A DNA stretch of 64,000 nt from assembly GCA_965637545.1 (NCBI GenBank), contig OZ281496.1, forward strand, positions 24,862,001 to 24,926,000, read 5' to 3'. The DNA comes from Phallusia mammillata. Its lineage: Eukaryota. Shown here in pieces: positions 25,305 to 39,700 of this stretch. The first letter of the stretch is position 1. Each line of letters begins with the position of its first letter. The notes beneath the pieces were generated by a model, which did no database searches, was not told the DNA's origin, and saw nothing but the letters and a program-made list of their open reading frames with translations. Both the position numbers and the translations under genes were made by a program.

Positions 25305-26516
25305 TTTCTATGATTAGTTTTATTGTACAAACAATTTTTTTCCATATTCAATTCGCTCTAAACAATATTAAAATCTCAGTAATTCCCAAAATGCTACATA
25401 AGTTGTTATTGTATGTACTGCGGTGTAAAAAAAATTTGGTTTTACTGAACTCAAATAAGTTTTCTCTAAATATAAAACTGCCAAGAAAAAATAATGCAAG
25501 CTGTCAATCTTTTTTGTTCAAAATCAAAAGACAAAGTTTAGCTTCCAACAAAATTTCCAAGCAAAACTGATTGTCAAGTATCTCTTTGTTTAAAATTGAA
25601 ACCCCTGTGTTTTACACAAACCTACTGACCTTTTAGTAATTTTACTTTTGTTTTTTTGGGTTTTGTGCGCATTTTAATGTGATTCATCGAGCACGGGTAT
25701 CGATCGACGCGAAACTGAATTGTGACGTAAAGGAAGTGAAATAGGCAACTTTATTAATCTATTGTTTCGATTTTTTCGCTCAGCTAAGTCATAGTACCAT
25801 TGACTTGGTCATTCCTGTGGCAGCTTTCATCCCAACCTATATCCTGTAAAGTTGCTTAGTTGTGTTCATTGCACAACCAATACACACATCAAGTCTATGA
25901 ACAATCTTTGCTCAGAACAGAAGTGTCGTATGGTATAAATAAACGGCCTTGGTTATAAATGCAATTAATTAAAAATACAGTGTTAGACATTCCTAAGAGC
26001 ATTTAAGTAGTGCTTCTTCAAATTTTCATTTATGAAACTGATGACAAGTGTAATTTTTGTTTTAAGTAAGTGCAATAATTTTCGAATCCCTTCATTAGAT
26101 CGCGCTACCAAAAAGCAGTGATTTCATCTGCATAAAATTTAATTATAGTTTTGCATCAGCAGAGCATGCATCACTCGATTTACGTGTTACCTTTATTGTG
26201 CGCATATGTATTTACAAAACAAAACACAATGTAATACGTGCACGAAAACACTAATTGATTAGCTTTATATTTACACTATCGTATGGGCAATTTCATTCTC
26301 CGCGACCAATAACCTTGAGGCTATATCCACTAAAATAAGACCATCTACTTCCCTTTTTTGTTCATGATTTTGCGCTATGAAAAATCTAATCTATGTATAA
26401 AAACCACAATCGCTTCTGTATACTGTACAAGCGTTCATTGCTCATTAAACACTAGCGCGACAAAAGTCTCTTTTAGTCTATTAAATGTCCATTCAGTCTT
26501 TAAAGTCTGATGAAAC

Positions 26517-29500
26517 TTAAGCCTTTGCTTTGCTTGTGAGTCTGCTTGTTTCCATTTCAATGGATAAGGAGCCACTTCGTCTTGCCATTCGACAGGCAAG
26601 GCATGCGAGCAATGGTCCACACCACATCTTACGCACTCGCTCTTGGCGCACGCAGTTCAGCAGGAAGATAATAAATCCCTAAAAGACAAACAAACTTGTA
26701 GTTTTTGAACCTATTGTGGATTGAATTTGTTGGTTTGGGGTATCGAACAACACATACAGACTTTTTTTTATATTTTGTTATATTTCGAGTGACGATCCCT
26801 TACGTTAATCTCACAGCTTCGACCAAATCCTTATTACTGTTATTTTTCCGGTCACGTCTAAAACTGCGGGCCCACTTGGATCACTTGGCCCGCTTGGCCC
26901 GCTTGGCCCAGCACTTGGCCCGCCTCATGCAATTGGAAAACTGCGGGCCCGCTTCTTGCAAGTATAAAAATTGTAGCCCCACTATATATCCAGTGCTTGG
27001 CCCGCCTCTCGTATCGAAAAACCGCGGGCCCACTATATCCTGTGCTTGTCGCGTCTATCGCAAGGAAAAACTGCGGGCCCACTACATCTATTGCTTGCCG
27101 TTCAGATCTTGTCGAAATCAAAATTTAATGACATGTGACAGGCGTGTCCACGGCTTTATCAAGCCGGCCCGCAGTTTTTATACTTGCATGAGGCGGGCCA
27201 AGTGCTGGGCCTAGCGGGCCCGCAGTTTCAGACGTGACCCTTATTTTTCGACTCAATTTGTTAACCAAAGGATGATGACCTTTAGATGTTTCATCGTTAT
27301 GTCTTATTCTCATACTTGAGCTGAATTGAGGATTGTGAAAAACCACGACAATATTTCTTGAGAAGTCGTTGTGTCCGCTATAAGCATGAAAAATGCGAAG
27401 ACCCAAGTCAGACCCATCATAAGGAAGATAGCCACAGCAACCAAAATCTCATCAAATGGGCTTCGGTCTTGGGCGGTGGATTGAATCTAAAAATGAAATT
27501 GCTGATTTATTTTTGTTGTCAGATAATATCAAAAACAGGGTTTCTTTCGGTGGTTTACTTTGTCTGTCGAACCCCACTTTCTTTCCTATAACGCGTGTGG
27601 TCAGTTTATACCCCCCCTCGATTGGTTCCACTAACGTCTCCCTTCCAGTCGTGTTATGCTCACAGCGCGCCAAACATTTTCTGGTGAGCTCCTGTCACAT
27701 AACGCTTTATAATATTGTGTAGCTGCAGCGCGTTTAATTATGATCCACTAATTGTGCCATCCACTTTTTGCGCCCCATAACGTCTTCACGTTGCGCAGCT
27801 ATTTCCAACTTGATGATTGTTCAATGCAATTGTGTCGGTATTTGTCCATAATACCGTGACATTGCATAACTACTGGCATATAATTTTTTGTTTTGTCATT
27901 TTTAAATGTTCGAGGTTTAATTTGCAGCTATCAGGAGATTTTGCTGGACAAGAGTAAAGCTACTACGAGTCACTAAAAACACAGTACTGTGATTTGACGA
28001 GAGCATTGTGGTGCTTGAACCATTTTACACACTATTTAATACAGCTTTCATAACACCCTAATGCCCACTTAAGATTCATGTGTCTATGTTCTTTATCACC
28101 TAAACTTACTTTTGATTTTTTGCAGGTTATATGATAGATCACCAAAACAAACATAATTATGTTGAATATGCACAAGATTCCAACGGGAAGCAGAAATCCG
28201 TAATATAAGGAGTTCCAGTGCAGCCAGCACATGTGAAATGCTTTATATGCTGATTCAAAGTATGGGTCGTCTAAAAAAAAGTTAGTTTTTTATCTGCTTT
28301 TTTCGGTGCAAATTGTAAAAAAATCTTAGTTTTACCTGCTCGGTAGTTTTTCATGTCGTAAACGAAGATTGTTACTCCGGCGTTAACGCCTACGATCAGA
28401 AAAGGAGTCATGTACGACAAAAGGCATGGAATCGTACTGGAAGAGTTACCTAAGCGCGCGACCTGACAACAAAAACAACTTATAAAAAATATAAAAGCCC
28501 CTTTTTCTAAGAATTTTTGAAACCATAGAATTAATATCATAAGACCTAATAAGAAACAGAGTTGTTTTCCAACAGCTCATCCATTTAATACCGTTTGCTT
28601 TTTGTGACACAATGTACTCACCCTTGACAAAGCCTTGTACAAATTATAAGCGTTTGCGCTCATCCAAAAGAAGGTCGCTAGCAAGAAATACTGTAGGAAT
28701 GCAGTAAATAGGTAGCAGGCCACTCTGTCTCTTACGAAACCAATTCCAGCGATGAACAGAACGTCCGCCAAGAGAAGGTTAAAACAAATGTTGAGTAGAA
28801 ATACGGTTGGTTGTCGTTTGCGAAGTTCCCTGCAAAAAGATATATTGCAGACATAACATACAAATGTACTTGACGGCCACAAGCAGGCGTACAGATTTAC
28901 AGACCCCTTGGTCATTTTTATTTGTCCGAATGGTGCGGTATGCCTGTGTTCATAGACACAAAAACCTGATGCGGATATGTACTCGGTACCGTCCTGGGTT
29001 CAAAACTCGTGAAAGAACTGGTTGTCGTTTATAGGGTTTTAAAATTATACGTTGTTTCTTCTTTCTATTTATTTGCGATCTAGCATTGCAGGTCTTAGCG
29101 TTTATTTACGTAATTTGACACAGCATGGGCCACTCTGACCATTCAGTTCACGAACCTATATATTTATGGTGGAGATAAGGGTAAGCTGCGTTCGCAAAGT
29201 GCACCAAGCTTTTAAAAGATCATGTGTCACTCTATTTTGAGGGTAACAGTGCGAGGAAACGGTGTATGATGCTTCTCGGGCCGCAAACTTCTGTGAGCAT
29301 CCGCTCATTATATTACTGTTGGGTATGTTTCAGTCAAGTACAGACCATTGCTCCTAATGCCGGAACATAAATTAGCAATTCTAGGTACCGGGTCCCGTAA
29401 CCAATCGGTCCAAACTATACTGTTTCTTTGCCTTACATGAAGGAGTGAACTATTCACAATAAAAAAGAATTGGTCAACGAAAACCCTGCTACGTTAATCC

Positions 29501-32500
29501 AATACTGACGCTGTGCAAACCACTATAAGCTACAGGCAAAAATCATTGAAGTGCTGCAACGTGGAAATACCAACCGTACATTCGACTTGTTAGTAATATA
29601 CTTTTATAGTTAACATAACTTACCTGACGGCCAGATAAACCCAAATCGTTATAATCAGGCCAAAAATGGACAGTGCCAATCCCACGTAGCTGACTATTCC
29701 AAGCTGGAACGTCGAAGGAAACACTTTCGAACTCTGCAACCAACATTTGCTTTTAGCAAACGCACAATTATACCATTGCGCCTTGATGTGTTTAAAATAT
29801 GCTCCACAAGTGTACATGGGCTTTAAAAACCTTAAGCCTATTCCATTTAGTATTTAGTCTTCATGGGTTTGTTGAAAACCTTTAGTATTTAGTCTTCATG
29901 GGTTTGTTGAATACATTTACTGTAGGAATATTACAAACATCAATTCGAATGTTGGTGTTCTCGCAATGCAAGGATTTTTGAACCGTTGAACTTGTCTATA
30001 ACTTTTTGTATGGCGAGAACGTGTTTTGATTAACTACGGCGGGTTCCGTTCACAGTTCGTAAACCTACCTTCAAGGTATACTGATAAGTTACTTATTAAT
30101 TATGGGTTTACCAGGCACTTCCTTAGTAAACTGGCCTAAAGTCAGCTCAGTCTTCCTTCCTTTATACTGCTTACCACGATCATGGAGAAGCTCGCGAGTT
30201 TGTAGCACGTACACTGTGGAGGTGACGAGTTCTTGATTAACATACATCCGTTCGGCAACCACCTGCCGTCGGCTGTCTGATAGACGTTGCACTGTGTGCG
30301 GGTAACTGTGGTCTATAACACAAAGGTAATGTTGACCTAGAACTCACTTGGGCCATTCTTTGTGCGCTTCCTTTTTTACGAAAGTTTGTGGTCAATCTAT
30401 TGCTTGTTTTAATTTAAGAAATGTGGTGCTCCAAGATGCCAGGTTTTCAACCTTATTTCCTCAGGTTTGAAACACAAAATATACCCAAATTTGACACTAT
30501 ATACTCATAATCATCTTTGATCATAAAATTTACTAAACATTTCCATTTCACTGAACGAGTTTAAATTTATCCCGATAAAGATTCTTTAACCCAGTGAATA
30601 CGTAATTTGTGATAAATGTTCCTTGCGCTTTTGTTGGCATTTTACAACGACTCAGTAGTGGGTAACGTATAATAAAACACCAATTTCTTTATGAACGATT
30701 AGGCTTGAAAGGGATATGATGAATGACTGTATGCTGGGTATTAAATCAATGTTGGGCTTAAAAACACATTACTTACTTTTAATGTCCCGTTGTTGAACGG
30801 CTTGCCCCCTTGCTTGACATTTACATAGGAGTACACGATTTGCACTCCTGTATTTGATGTAACTGGGGTATATCCTCTTATACTTATTGTCAACACCTGT
30901 AAAAAGACATGAGAATATTTATTTTAGGCGTAAATTTTGATGTATAAAGGGACTGACATCAAAGTGATTCGCTTTTACGCTTCTATTTTTGTTCATGGTG
31001 AACCGACCACTGTATTTCAATGCCCAAAGCTTCAATCAGTAGATGCCCTCGTGGGGTAATACTAAACGCGGTTTCAACCCTATATTCCTATAGTTTGTTC
31101 ATTTCACCTGAAACACCTTTATTTCAGCGCTTTTTTTAATAATATAAAATGTTACAAGGCTCATGAAGTTGTGTAAAGGGTATGGAGAGCAATTGTAAAA
31201 CATGAAGCAATTGAACTATAACTTGCATTTAAGTTCTCATATTTGTTTCATATCCGGTAACTTTTTAAACTCTACTGTTCAAATTTACATTGACAGTTTA
31301 AAAAAAGCGAAATATATGGGTCCGATAAGTACTAAACAACAAACAAATACACAAAGCACCAAATGCAGCAAGTAGGAAATATTATAACAAAATACTTTTT
31401 AATACACGATGGTTGTTTCTAATCGTTGTTATGTACCCCCTAAGTTGTTGTACATATATTTTTTGGAAACTATTAATAAAAGCGTAACGTTAGCGTCACA
31501 GCTGTTTGATAATCCGGGAAGTCTTAATTGCACGTCAGACACACAATGAACGAAAACAAACCAAAACATCACATGAATCTCATTTCCGTGCGTTACAGCC
31601 TATTAAAATTTAGGAGTAAACGGGAAGAAGTTTTGCTCGATCCGTGACGAAAACCACCTCCATAATTTACACTAAATAGACTTTATAGGAATATTTTGTT
31701 AAGTTTCGTCCATTATTATCAGTCCGTTTGTGCGGATTAATAGGATACCGCACACAAATTTTCACCAGCTAATAAACAGAGTGTTAAAGCTTTTCGTAAT
31801 CGTTTTTTCACACAGAATAACGTGGAATGTGTAGCACAATCTTGCTATTTCATGTGAAGTAAACCAGCTTACCCCCTACAATCGTGACCAGTACATTATC
31901 AAACTTGAGTTTCTTGTGAATTGTTACAACTGTTTGCTTTCAGAAATGTTTTGGTAATTGTTTGTCAAAACAGGACGCCCAAACATATGTTGCAAATAAC
32001 TTTAGTTTTAAATACATTATTGTCTCACAAAATTAGGTTGTTGGACTGCCGGGAAGAGTGCCGTCGAGGAATGGTAAACGAACGAAGTCCGAACTGGAGT
32101 AGATTGGTTTTTGGCGGCTTCATCCAACAATTTTCCTGGCACAGTTGCGGCAAACGGTGAGACCATGGTTTTGTTTGTGACCCTGACTACTGAGAAATTG
32201 GCTGAATTGTACCCAGAGGTAGTTTTGTTGGGCTCGTTGATCTACAAAGGTTTTTCATAAGTTGTGGTTGATCATGTTTGTTTATTGTGTCGTTTTAGCA
32301 CTTACCTGAAGCGTGGTGGTTGCTGTCGAAAGGGTAACGTTTGTTGCGTTGTTTGGCAAAGCCACACGATTGGCAAACGTAGTTATAAATGACACGATGT
32401 TTTGTGTTTCTTGAACTTGTTTGCTGCAATCAACAAAACAGGCAAGAGCCAGTCGTGTTATTTGTCACTTGCACTTCGCTTCCTATGAGAGGTTAGCTTC

Positions 32501-35472
32501 GCGGTATAAACTGTACTCGCGACTTTATGTGCAAACTAAACAAAGAACCGTTACAACCTCTTAATGAAAGAGACTTTGATAACTCGTTCTGTCGATTTTG
32601 TAATTCCCTACCACAAAGAGATTCATAAGGCTTTGCTATGCCCTAATGTTATTGTGTCAATACTCACGGGTTGGTGGTGGTTGTGACAGTAGGGCTAGTC
32701 TTCGCATACGTTTGTCCTAAATTGTCTGTCGTTGCCAAAACGTCGTACATTGTGGGAATTGTCACCTTGAAATAAATAAAATTAAGGGAATATTTGTAAT
32801 TCGTTGGTAATGCACTAAACTTACAGTAACTGTTTTGGGGTTGGTTTGGCTCAGTGAAGTTAATGCTTGTGTAATATTGGCCACTTCGGTAGTTGATAGG
32901 TTTCCTGGTTGTGATGACAAAAGCTTGATATTGGTGATCGAATCTTTTACTGATTGACTTGTTGCATTTTGTACATTTATCTGAAAATGGATGAAAAAAT
33001 TGAAAGTGGGTACTTAGATACTATTTTCTGCAAAGCCTACCTGGCTTAAGACAGTTGACAATGTTGTGGAGCAGTTAAACAGGAAAGGTGGTCCGAAAAA
33101 CGGTTTGTTTATGTTTGAAATGTTGCGCACACATGCCACTGATGCGGCGGGAACACCTGTGTTAAAGGCAACTTAAAGTAGACAATGCTAATTTTTTATT
33201 GTTACCACAGATAAGTTGTTACATGGTGTACATTTTTGACCCACCATAAGCTATTTCTTTTTTTTATTTAAGTCATCAGAACATATATTATTGTAACATG
33301 TTTCTCACTTAGTTACCTGTACCGCTGCAGTTTTCCTTCGAAACAGATGTTTGTCCCTCGAAGGTTGCGCCGAACGTGTAGTTGACATTTCTACTTGGCA
33401 CGTAGATTGTGGCTAATCCACAGAACGCTACAACAAGAAATAATTTGCTGAAGTGCAACTATTAGTCACATCCGCATGATACTAATCTATCAAAATACTA
33501 CACATTGCTGATACGTAGGCGGCTAAAGGTTATTGTCATCGGTTTTAGCCCATTTTAGTTTTATTCTTACGATAAAGTTTTGGTAGAATTGGCGGAACTG
33601 TTGGTATAGTTGTAGCTTCTACCGCACCTGGCAATAGAAATTGAACATAATTTTAATGTTTTTGTTTACAAATTCTGATTCAACAGATTTCAGTATAATT
33701 TTAACATTTTCTGTAAATAATTGTGTAAACTACTTACTAGTGGTTGCCGATGGTGTAGTGGTCACGGGGCACGTCTGTTTTGGAACAGTTACTGAAAAAT
33801 TACAATGCATCAAACAATACTCTTGTTTCGTAGTGTCATGTAATTATATTTACAATCTATGTATTAGTTATATCTATAACACTTTTCACCTCCGCGTGAT
33901 ATATTTCAGCTTTTCTGTTACCTAAGTCTATTTTCAATTCTAGTTACCGTTAACTACTTGATAGAAAAGGCTTAGTTGATTGCTCCAGCCCGAATTTGTG
34001 TCCGTCCTTGTTATAATCGCTACAAACTTTGTGTCACATATGCTTGTAACCGTTGAAGTAAAGCTTTGGTTCGCGTTGCCGGTGACCACAATCATAACAT
34101 TAGCAGTTGTATTGATAGGTGAGCTGAATGCAACCTCAACAGATTTATTCTGTAATGCGCTTGCAGCGACTGCGACCGTTCCTGACAGCAAAGCTAGAAC
34201 CAACGAAACAGTTATTAGACATTTGCGTGGGGTACAAACTTACTATCGTGGTCTTTAATCTGCCCCTTGTTAAAAACAATTGATAGTGGTAAGTGGGAGT
34301 TTTTGCTCGCCTTGCTGTTACACATGCGTTTTTTTATTTTTTTTTGAAATAGCTAGGATGGTTTAACACAAACAGTTAAAAAACGAATCCACGCACAAAA
34401 TAAATGACGAATTTCAACAAACATTGCCAAAACATAGCCCTTGCTTGAGCTTCATAATTTCGTAATTGAAAAAATAGTAATATACATTTATCTACTACGT
34501 ATGATGGTTAGGTATCTGTAATCAATCATTGTTATTCTTACCTGCGGCTGTAGTAGCTATTGAGGTGCTTGCTACTGTTGTCGGCGATGCTGTAGTAGCT
34601 AAAAAAACATAACAATAAATGTGAAATTTAGCTATTTTCTCGCGAAGTTTGTTAGGATAAAAACGTTTTCAAATCGAAATAAAAAATATGTTGTTTTATT
34701 ATACCCACTTCAATTCACTCTTTTTGTAAAAGATTCGTTTTATTTAATTAGTTTCAATCTACGGATTGTGCAAAGTGTGTACATTTCAATACACTCGAAA
34801 TGTTTTGTCAATGGACTACTGGTACCAACTTACGGTAAACTGGACTCCAGTTAAGCACTACACTGCTCGGTGCGTCCACCCGGGTGTCAGTTCTATTGAT
34901 AGTGGCTTTAAATCCCCAGCTGTAGATCGATGTCATGGTAAATGTAAAACTAAAGTTGGACTGCACCGTAAATGTCCCATGAATATCGATTGGCGTTGGG
35001 ACAGAGCAGTTGTAAAATGTGATCACCACATTTTTGCTCGCTGCAACCGACTGAGTGCCAGAGTAAACGATATAACTTGAGGTTTGGCCTGTAAATAAAC
35101 AACCAATGATGAACCATACATACAGTTGTGTTTTTATACATTTGGTTGAAAATGCATCGAAACTTTTTTAATGCGTGTGCTTTGGTGGGTGTAAGAGCTT
35201 TTTGTCTCCTATACTCACTATATCAACGGGAAACTATACGCCAATAACAAAGCGGATGTTTTTAATCAGTTAAGTTCGGCTTTTGAAACGCGTTGTTTGC
35301 GCTGCAGCAACGACCGCCAGTCGATGCATGCTTTAGGAATTATAAATGTACCTTTCTGGGCAAAGATACTTGCATCAGGAATTACACACACATTAAACAA
35401 ACATCATTACGTTTATATACCTGATGCGACGACTGCAAACAAAGCAACTTCGAGTAGGTTGATTAGTAGCAT
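26517..35472 (-). CDS. Adhesion GPCR 'B', 20 exons, about 909 aa: SP, X, Thr linker, X, Thr/Pro linkers, HormR-like, GAIN/GPS, 7TM
   Basis: Exons: 35472-35421 (MLLINLLEVALFAVVAS), X 35088-34834, 34598-34542, X 34193-33948, 33791-33738, 33627-33571, 33427-33317, 33156-33041, 32980-32825, 32765-32668, 32423-32306, 32241-32029, 30896-30777, GPS 30312-30175, 7TM 29733-29624, 28829-28622, 28462-28336, 28270-28110, 27486-27316, 26678-26517. All phases are compatible. Confidence 0.92.
26849..27240. mobile_element. Mutator/MULE-type MITE, 392 bp, in the last intron of B
   Basis: Terminal inverted repeat GGTCACGTCT(A/G)AAACTGCGGGCCC plus an inner 24-bp inverted repeat CAGCACTTGGCCCGCCTCATGCAA; perfect 9-bp TSD TTATTTTTC at 26840-26848 and 27241-27249. 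Confidence 0.85.
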
Positions 35473-36116
35473 TGTTTTGGTTACTTTTATCTTTCAGCAA
35501 ATCGCTGTAACAGTTTGTACAAACAACCAAAGTTTGTTATTTCCAACTAAAACACATAAACATAACGTTCATGGCAGAGCGATTGTTGTGATGATATATG
35601 GTAACTACTACCGCTCTTATTCAAGCTGCCTATAAACGTAGTTTCCACACTTTTTTGCAGTAAGGCATAACCGAAGAACACTATTTTTTTGTCTCACTAA
35701 GTTGCACATGGGCATTTATTATGATAAATATGAAATCAAAGATAAAGGGTTTGATACTAATTTGTATGTTTAAAATACTTTGAGGACCATGGACATGTTT
35801 TCACTGACCCCCTAATACTATCACACACTCCTTATGGATTTGCAAGGTCTAGTCTGGTAAATACTGCTGTATATGTCACCGTTTCAGCAAACTAAACTCA
35901 AAATACAAGATCAACTGCATTTTTTATGAATAACCTATCTCTTAAACAGATTAAAACAAAGTAGTTTATTTAGTACTGCTATGTCTGCTTGTAGCAAAAC
36001 CTGCGTAAATAACCAATACATAAGTCAGTGGTATAAATTACCATCCCTACCTCAGCCTACGGTCATCGTAAGCAATTTGGACTTCCGCGTTTCTTGCGCC
36101 AACCCAACGACGAACT

Positions 36117-36161
36117 ACAGTGGAAGTTGGTGTTTTTCTGTGCGTCATGTTAAGCGGAACA
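36117..36161. promoter_or_regulatory. 45-bp conserved non-coding block upstream of B (copy at 53657-53701 upstream of D)
   Basis: acagtggaagt(t/a)ggtgtttttctgtgcgtcatgttaagcggaaca, 44/45 identical between the two copies while flanks are clearly more diverged. Confidence 0.45.
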
Positions 36162-36756
36162 TATACATAACTATGCTATCATTCTTAAACAGTTAATTCA
36201 GTGGAGGTACAAGCGCAGCAGTTATTACTGATGTGACGCACTGTAAAAATGGATATTCTGTGGCTATTCCTAAAGTTGTTCACTTTGTGTATAAATGCAC
36301 CAGCAACCTTAATCTAACTTAATAATGTATTTAATTACCTCATGTTTGATTCAATTTTTTTTTATTTACTTTTTCTTTAACATTTGTGACAAAGACTTTC
36401 TAACCATATTTCGACCTTATTGGGCAAAAAAACTTAAACTTAGAAATAAACATTTCTTCCCGTTTAATTTAACCTATATCTTTTTACGAACAGTAAAGTT
36501 TTGGTTTAGGCTGTATTGTAACAATAAAAATTTTGTTTTTCATGGAGAGGGTTACCAAAAGTTCCGATTTTTTTTATTTATAACAAAACTCATTTTGCAA
36601 ATCAGACGAATAATCGAATTCTTAACGATTTTTACAACTTTCTAGTAATAGTTTTATTCTCTTAAGCTTAGTCAATTCTTGACTTCCTAATCCATATCTA
36701 AGCTTACAATATGTTATAGTTGTGTCGATTACGATATCATTGTTTAGAGATGGTCG

Positions 36757-39700
36757 TTACTCGTTATCTCTGCATGTGACGCAGGCCACCAAGTTTCCCC
36801 ACCATAAAGTTCGGATCTTCGTTTGTAGTAAACAGTACAAAGCAAACATCAGCAAACCCTGCAAAAATAACCTAGAACTTAAAAAAGAGTCAAAAATTAT
36901 TTTGCAAACAACTGATGTTAATATTTGGTTCCAAGCTTATTGTTGGAAGCCCGTTGATTCTTACCAGCCTGTGTGTTTTCCTATAGAATAGTTGTCCTAA
37001 AATAATTTGGATACTCATTTTCACAGCCAAAAACTAGATGTTTTGGGCTTCCCAAGAGTTAAATAACGATTCGGACATTTGTTTTTGTTTGCTGTGTCCA
37101 TCTGAGAAATACTGACCAGTAGTGCACTGAAGACGGTAAAAAGCCAACTCATGGTGGTTAGTTTTGTGACAGTATCTGCTTCTAACATTAAAAAGGCAAA
37201 AGTCCAGGTTATTGCCATCAAAATACAAACGAGAAATGCCACCATGAAGTCAATCTTTGCATTGTTATTTCTTGCTGTCTGGTCCTGTTTTCAAATACAC
37301 ACATTGTGTACATTACACTTATTGCAATATATGTATTTTATGTCTCAAGTTAAGTTTTTGCACCTTGTTTGTTTGGCAAGTAATCTTGCAAAGTGTCAAC
37401 AAGAAGCATATGAGAAAAAATGCCGCCAGGGTTCCAACTGGCAGAAGAAAACCAAAGTTCAGAGAGTATTTGTGAATCCAGCACATGCTTTTGGCCTTGT
37501 AAACAGATGAAAAGAAAATGTTTCCTATAAAAGAAAATGTCGAACATTTTGTATGAATATTTTAAATCAAATTTGAAACGCTGTACCTGGAAAATACCAT
37601 AGGTTATCCAATGCTGCCGACGTTCCAGCGTCAATAGCCACAATTACTAACGGCACGAAATAGCACATAACTGCAAGGGCTGTAGCTTTAATCGGTTCCA
37701 TCTAAAACCAAACGTTTGTCACAGTGAACATACGTAAATGACATTCGTTTAATCCTTCACGAAGTCTTATTTCAGTCTTTGCCACTGGGTTTTACGCACC
37801 ATTGTAAAAAAATGTATGGTATCCTAAGCCTAAACCTAGCGATATGCAATGAGACGAACCGAATCGAGGGCTTTGTATGAGTTGTAAACGTTGGCTGTCA
37901 TCCATAGCCATGTGGTAAGAAGAAAGTAATGGAGAAGTGCAGTGACCGCGTAACATCCAATCCAATTAGAGGTCCAACCAATACCGAGAATAAACACAAG
38001 TTCAGCTATTATCAGATTGAAACAAACGTTCAAAAGAAAAAAGCTGGGTTGACGTATGCGCAGTTCTCTGTAGAGGCAACAATATTTAAAATTAATACGT
38101 GGGATCGGTCTTTGCTTTTGGGAGTTAAAGTGATTTTTGGTTTTGATGTAATGAGTTGACTTTAGTGATTGCTGCAACTTCTATACATTTTATGATTGTA
38201 GCAGACTTTCAATGGTTTTTTTATTCTTTAACAGATTTGTTTATTACAAGCCAACTTCAGGCTGCTGAAATCTGTTGTCTAAACGAAAACCATCTCGTTG
38301 AAGTAACGCAGTAAATCTTCAACATTGAAACTAAGTATTGGAGGTACAGTTCTACTTACTTGTTAAGCGTGAATATTAAAATAGTAATAACCAAGCCTAT
38401 AATCGACACTGCGCAACCGATGTAGATATTGATTCCTGGTGTAAATGATGTTGGAAATATCATTGAGCTCTGTGACAGCAAAAGAACGGGCGTTGGTCGG
38501 TTGTTACATTTCTGTTTGGAAATTGGTTTGAGTGCATGGAGAAAGCTGCCAAAATATTGCAGGCGCATTTGGGTGGTGAACTGCGAGGAACCAACTTGCA
38601 ACCGTTTGGGACCCACTTGCCCAACGTGGCCTTGTAAACGCGACAGTGTGTCCTCGTAACTAAATCCTGCAAAAACCACTTGTGTTACAAAATATCGGCA
38701 ATTAAGTTCAGACAGCAAACACATGTTCGTTTTGTTTTTTCTTCTGGTGTTTTTTGAGCTAGTTTAGCTGGTACTTGGACTACGACGATGTATATTTACC
38801 TTTAAAGAACCGTTTGCAAACGAAATGTATCCTTGTATAGCTTTTATTCCGGGGAAAGTCAGATGAAGTGAATTGGTTGCCATGATGCTATTGAAACCTT
38901 TGACTATCACCGATAGTACCTAAACATAGCGGTAAATCGTTCGATTGAAAGGTTCTTTTTTTTTTCTAGAACATCGCGTCCTTCTAAAGTAGTACAAAAG
39001 TTTTTTTTTCCAAACATTTTCGAAGTATTTTTTTTCTACGTCTTGATTTAAATAGTCTGCCTACAAAACATTCTTACCATTGGGGCAGTTTGGGTTGCGG
39101 GGTATAGAATTGAGTTGGAATGAAAAATAAAACTTGCTCGGATAGTTTTGTTCATTCCAGTTGTGGCCAGATTGTCTAAAATTGATCCTGGAATCGTGGC
39201 TGTTACCATATTTGCTCCAGATATTCCACTGTTGTTTCCAGGCGAAAATGTGACACTTGGAAACTTGTTAAGCGTTGTCTTTGTTACCTGGTGGATCTGT
39301 CAAACACTCGTTGATCATAAAGTAATGTGGAAATGTTGTGTCCACTTTACACGGTTAAGCTATAGTGTTTATAATATGCAAAATTGTGCTGTGGTTACTG
39401 TGATTGTAAAAGTCTAACTCGTCGGGTTAGACCATTTAAAGTTTAAATATGGGGTATAGACCATTGTAGAAGTGGTGGGAAGCAATTTAGCTTCACCCTG
39501 TCAATAAGCAACTCTTTGTTGACCCTGTTACCCCTCTTCGCGTCAACTCACCTGGATTGTTGTCATTTTTGTAGATATAGTAACCATTGTGGTGTTCACT
39601 GGTAGGACAAGACGATTGGCAAAAGTTTCCAAACAGTTTCTTAGTGTTGCCTTGTGGCTGGCGGTTTGTCTAATAGGTATACATAGTAAAATGTAACAGG

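Noticed and set aside
26705-27406. ORFs of 169, 87 and 93 aa
   Set aside because: They run through the GC-rich repetitive MITE at 26849-27240; no transposase or other motif.
29846-29911. 31-bp direct duplication (similar small ones near 19600-19650 and 45430-45460)
   Set aside because: Two-copy intronic slippage; not a CRISPR or functional array.
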